DNA from: an uncultured Acidimicrobiales bacterium | GTDB taxonomy: Bacteria > Actinomycetota > Acidimicrobiia > Acidimicrobiales > DATKAS01 | Reading direction: 5' to 3' | DNA length: 64,000 bases | Assembly (NCBI GenBank): GCA_963847855.1 | Contig: CAWKBM010000002.1 | Coordinates: forward strand, 42,500 to 106,499 | Shown: piece after piece, positions 61,797-64,000 of the stretch | Position numbering within the stretch: position 1 is the first letter of the stretch | How the letters are laid out: the number at the start of each line of letters is the position of its first letter | Made by a program: the position numbers and the translations under genes | Notes under the pieces: generated by a model | Seen by the model: only the letters and a program-made list of their open reading frames with translations | The model's database searches: none | Told to the model about the DNA's origin: nothing

Positions 61797-62630
61797 ATGG
61801 TGTCGGCGATGGGTCCGCTCCGCGAGCGCCGGAGTCCCTTTGGTTGGGCCACTGCCGGCCTCGCGTTGTCGCTGATCGTGCTCAGCGTCGGCTTCGGCTT
61901 CTCCGCTGCACCATCGGCCGCGGCCGTGTCCGCCAGCGGGGGCCCAGACGCACACGCGGTGTACTTGTCGGACTGCGCGGTCTGTCACGGGAGCGACGGC
62001 CGCGGCTCAGACCGCGGGCCGACGCTCGTGAACGTCGGCCGCGCCGCCACTGACTACGAGCTGACCACGGGCCGGATGCCGCTCGCCGCCGCCGGCCACG
62101 CCGACGAGCCCGGCACGCCGGTCCGGCCGTTGCCCAACAAGACGCTCGCCGACTCCAACGCGACTGTGGCGCGCCACGACCCCGCGTACCCGTCCGAGAC
62201 GATCGCGGCGCTCGTGGATTACGTCGCGCAGCTCACCGGCGGAGGCGGGCCCGACATACCGTCACCGGCTCCCGGCGACGTTGCGCGGGGCGGCGAGTCG
62301 TTCCGCCTTCAGTGCGCAGCGTGCCACGAGTGGGCCGGCACGGGCGGTGCGCTGTTGCAGCGGGAAGCGCCGTCGTTGCATGCCTCGACTCCGGTGCAGA
62401 TCGCGGAGGCGATCAGAGTCGGACCCGGGCAGATGCCTGCCTTTGGGCAGGCCGCGCTGACGGACGCGGAGGTGAACGACGTGGTCGCCTACGTCCGCTA
62501 TCTCAATGCGCCTCGCGACCGCGGCGGTGCCAATTTGGGCCACGTCGGTCCCGTGGCTGAGGGCGCAGTCGCGCTCGTTGCCATGTTCGGGGTCGCGTTG
62601 CTTCTGCGCTGGGTCGGTGAACGAGGGTGA
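61797..62630 (+). CDS. qcrC: dihaem cytochrome c subunit of menaquinol-cytochrome c reductase
   Basis: GCAGGAG-N6-ATG precedes the start. The product has a TM/signal segment, two CxxCH motifs (CAVCH and CAACH) and a C-terminal TM anchor. Confidence 0.85.
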   Translation: MVSAMGPLRERRSPFGWATAGLALSLIVLSVGFGFSAAPSAAAVSASGGPDAHAVYLSDCAVCHGSDGRGSDRGPTLVNVGRAATDYELTTGRMPLAAAGHADEPGTPVRPLPNKTLADSNATVARHDPAYPSETIAALVDYVAQLTGGGGPDIPSPAPGDVARGGESFRLQCAACHEWAGTGGALLQREAPSLHASTPVQIAEAIRVGPGQMPAFGQAALTDAEVNDVVAYVRYLNAPRDRGGANLGHVGPVAEGAVALVAMFGVALLLRWVGERG

Positions 62631-63478
62631 CGCGATCACCGGCAACCAGGGCCCGTCGAGCGGAGGGTCGTGCGGCCACGGCGTTCGTCGTGTCGACCCT
62701 GGCCGCACTCGGTCTCGCTGTCGTGTATTGGCGAGGCGGGCAACCTCAGCTCGAAGGCAGCTTGCTCGCCGTGGCGCTCGGGGGGATCGCCTTCGGTCTG
62801 GTCACGTGGGCGAATCATCTGCTCCCGAACGAGCCGGTGACCGGGGACCGACCTCCTTTGCCGAGTAGGGAAGAGCAGCGCGAAGGGCTCGAGGATGACC
62901 TGGAGCGCGGTGGCACGCTGTCGCGGCGCCGCCTCCTGGTGCGGACGTTGGGCGCCGCGGGTGCGGCACTTGGCGCGGCGTTGCTGTTTCCGATTCGCTC
63001 GTTGGGACCCGCGCCGGGACGGTCGCTGCTGGTGACACCCTGGCGGGACGGTTTGCGGCTGGTGACCGAGGATGGGACGCCGGTACGCACGAGTGACGTA
63101 CCCCTCGACGGGCTCGTCACGGTCTTTCCGGAGGGCAGCCCGGGCTCCGCCGACGGGCAGGCCGTGCTCATCCGCGTCGCCGGAGACGCGTTGCGGCCGC
63201 GGCCCGGCCGGGAGTCCTGGTCGCCGGACGGATTCGTGGCCTACTCGAAGATCTGCACGCACGCGGGCTGCCCGGTAGGGCTCTACGAGGCGCAGAGCCA
63301 TCAGCTGCTGTGCCCGTGTCACCAGTCGACCTTCGACGTGCTCGACGGGGCCCGGCCAGTGTTCGGGCCGGCCGCGGTGTCGCTGCCCCAGCTGCCGCTG
63401 AGGATCGAGGGTGACGAGCTGGTGGCCACGGGCGACTTCTCTGAACCCGTCGGCCCCGCGTTCTGGAGGCGCGCGTGA
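62627..63478 (+). CDS. qcrA: Rieske iron-sulfur subunit
   Basis: GTG 62627 overlaps the qcrC stop. Contains CTHAGCPVG...CPCHQSTFD and N-terminal TM helices. Confidence 0.9.
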   Translation: MTRSPATRARRAEGRAATAFVVSTLAALGLAVVYWRGGQPQLEGSLLAVALGGIAFGLVTWANHLLPNEPVTGDRPPLPSREEQREGLEDDLERGGTLSRRRLLVRTLGAAGAALGAALLFPIRSLGPAPGRSLLVTPWRDGLRLVTEDGTPVRTSDVPLDGLVTVFPEGSPGSADGQAVLIRVAGDALRPRPGRESWSPDGFVAYSKICTHAGCPVGLYEAQSHQLLCPCHQSTFDVLDGARPVFGPAAVSLPQLPLRIEGDELVATGDFSEPVGPAFWRRA

Positions 63479-64000
63479 CCCGCGCATTCCGTGCGACCGC
63501 GGTCGTCGTGGCGGTCACCACCCTCGCGGGGTGCGGCAACGGCAGCTCACCGTCGATCTTGGATCGCGCCGGCAACGAATCCGACCACGTCGCCAGCTTG
63601 TGGTGGCTGATGTTCGGGCTGGCCGCAGCGGTGTACGTCCTGGTTGCGGGGCTGGTGTTGTGGGCGATCGCTCGGGGGCGGCGCCGCGAACGGGGCCAGG
63701 CGCCGAAGCGCGGGCCGAGCGATGGACTGTTCATCTGGGGCGGGGGCCTGTTGATGCCCGTCGCGGTGCTCGCGGTTCTGGCCGTCGTCACGGTGACGAC
63801 CACCAAGGACGTCCGTCAACCGTCGAGCGACGAGCTGCGCATCCATGTTGCCGGGGAGCAGTGGTGGTGGGACATCACCTATCCCGACGGCGGCGTCCGC
63901 ACCGCGAACGAGATCCATGTACCGGTCGGTCGTCCGGTCGACATCGCCCTCAGCTCCGACAATGTCGTGCACAGCTTCTGGGTGCCTCAGCTCGCCGGGA
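63475..64000 (+). CDS. ctaC: cytochrome c oxidase subunit II, 5' part (runs off the window)
   Basis: This gene is not in the ORF track because it is open-ended. GTG 63475 overlaps the qcrA stop. My translation is VTRAFRATAVVVAVTTLAGCGNGS...LWWLMFGLAAAVYVLVAGLVLW...IHVAGEQWWWDITYPDGG...SSDNVVHSFWVPQLAG. Confidence 0.8.
   Translation, partial: MTRAFRATAVVVAVTTLAGCGNGSSPSILDRAGNESDHVASLWWLMFGLAAAVYVLVAGLVLWAIARGRRRERGQAPKRGPSDGLFIWGGGLLMPVAVLAVLAVVTVTTTKDVRQPSSDELRIHVAGEQWWWDITYPDGGVRTANEIHVPVGRPVDIALSSDNVVHSFWVPQLAG

Overview
This is a very GC-rich chromosome segment of actinobacterial type. That assignment is an inference from gene order (tig-clpP-clpX, folC-ndk-mreBCD-pbp2-rodA, rne-rplU-rpmA ... 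obg-proB, qcrC-qcrA). All coordinates were counted by hand and may be off by a few nt.

Layout:
- 1-22.4 kb: a conserved housekeeping block. It is interrupted between rpmA and obg by an HD-domain dGTPase-like gene (minus strand) and an orphan TadE-like/TadG-like pseudopilin pair.
- 22.4-28.5 kb (minus strand): a tightly coupled five-gene envelope operon. Its order is anchored SBP-like protein, SBP+vWA lipoprotein, 2-TM coiled-coil protein, MurJ, PspA.
- 28.6-30.4 kb: tRNA-Asn and tRNA-Met, then an LPxTG surface protein carrying 18 near-perfect 15-bp repeats.
- 30.4-35.2 kb: a cyclase-domain remnant, a hypothetical protein, an IMPase-family protein, a NUDIX hydrolase, a sigma-70 factor and a sulfatase.
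- 35.25-49.8 kb: the most unusual part. An intact tRNA-Val is followed by three cargo modules. Each module ends in a progressively more decayed copy of the tRNA-Val 3' half, fused to the same ~70-nt non-tRNA arm. I found no recombinase in any module. Cargo includes a SARP/hydrolase/degenerate-cyclase regulator, SulP, a P-type ATPase, tandem USPs, hemerythrin, a MIP channel and a GAF-ANTAR protein.
- 50.4-52.5 kb: a decayed IS21-family element sits just beyond the third repeat.
- 52.8-61.7 kb: a translationally coupled oxidoreductase/sugar cluster.
- 61.8-64.0 kb: qcrC-qcrA followed directly by a cytochrome oxidase subunit II gene that runs off the window.

Caveat: at least about 25 single-nucleotide frame breaks hit clearly essential genes, concentrated in the first 16 kb. 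I read these as assembly indels rather than real pseudogenes. No CRISPR array, rRNA, integrase or recognisable defence system was seen.
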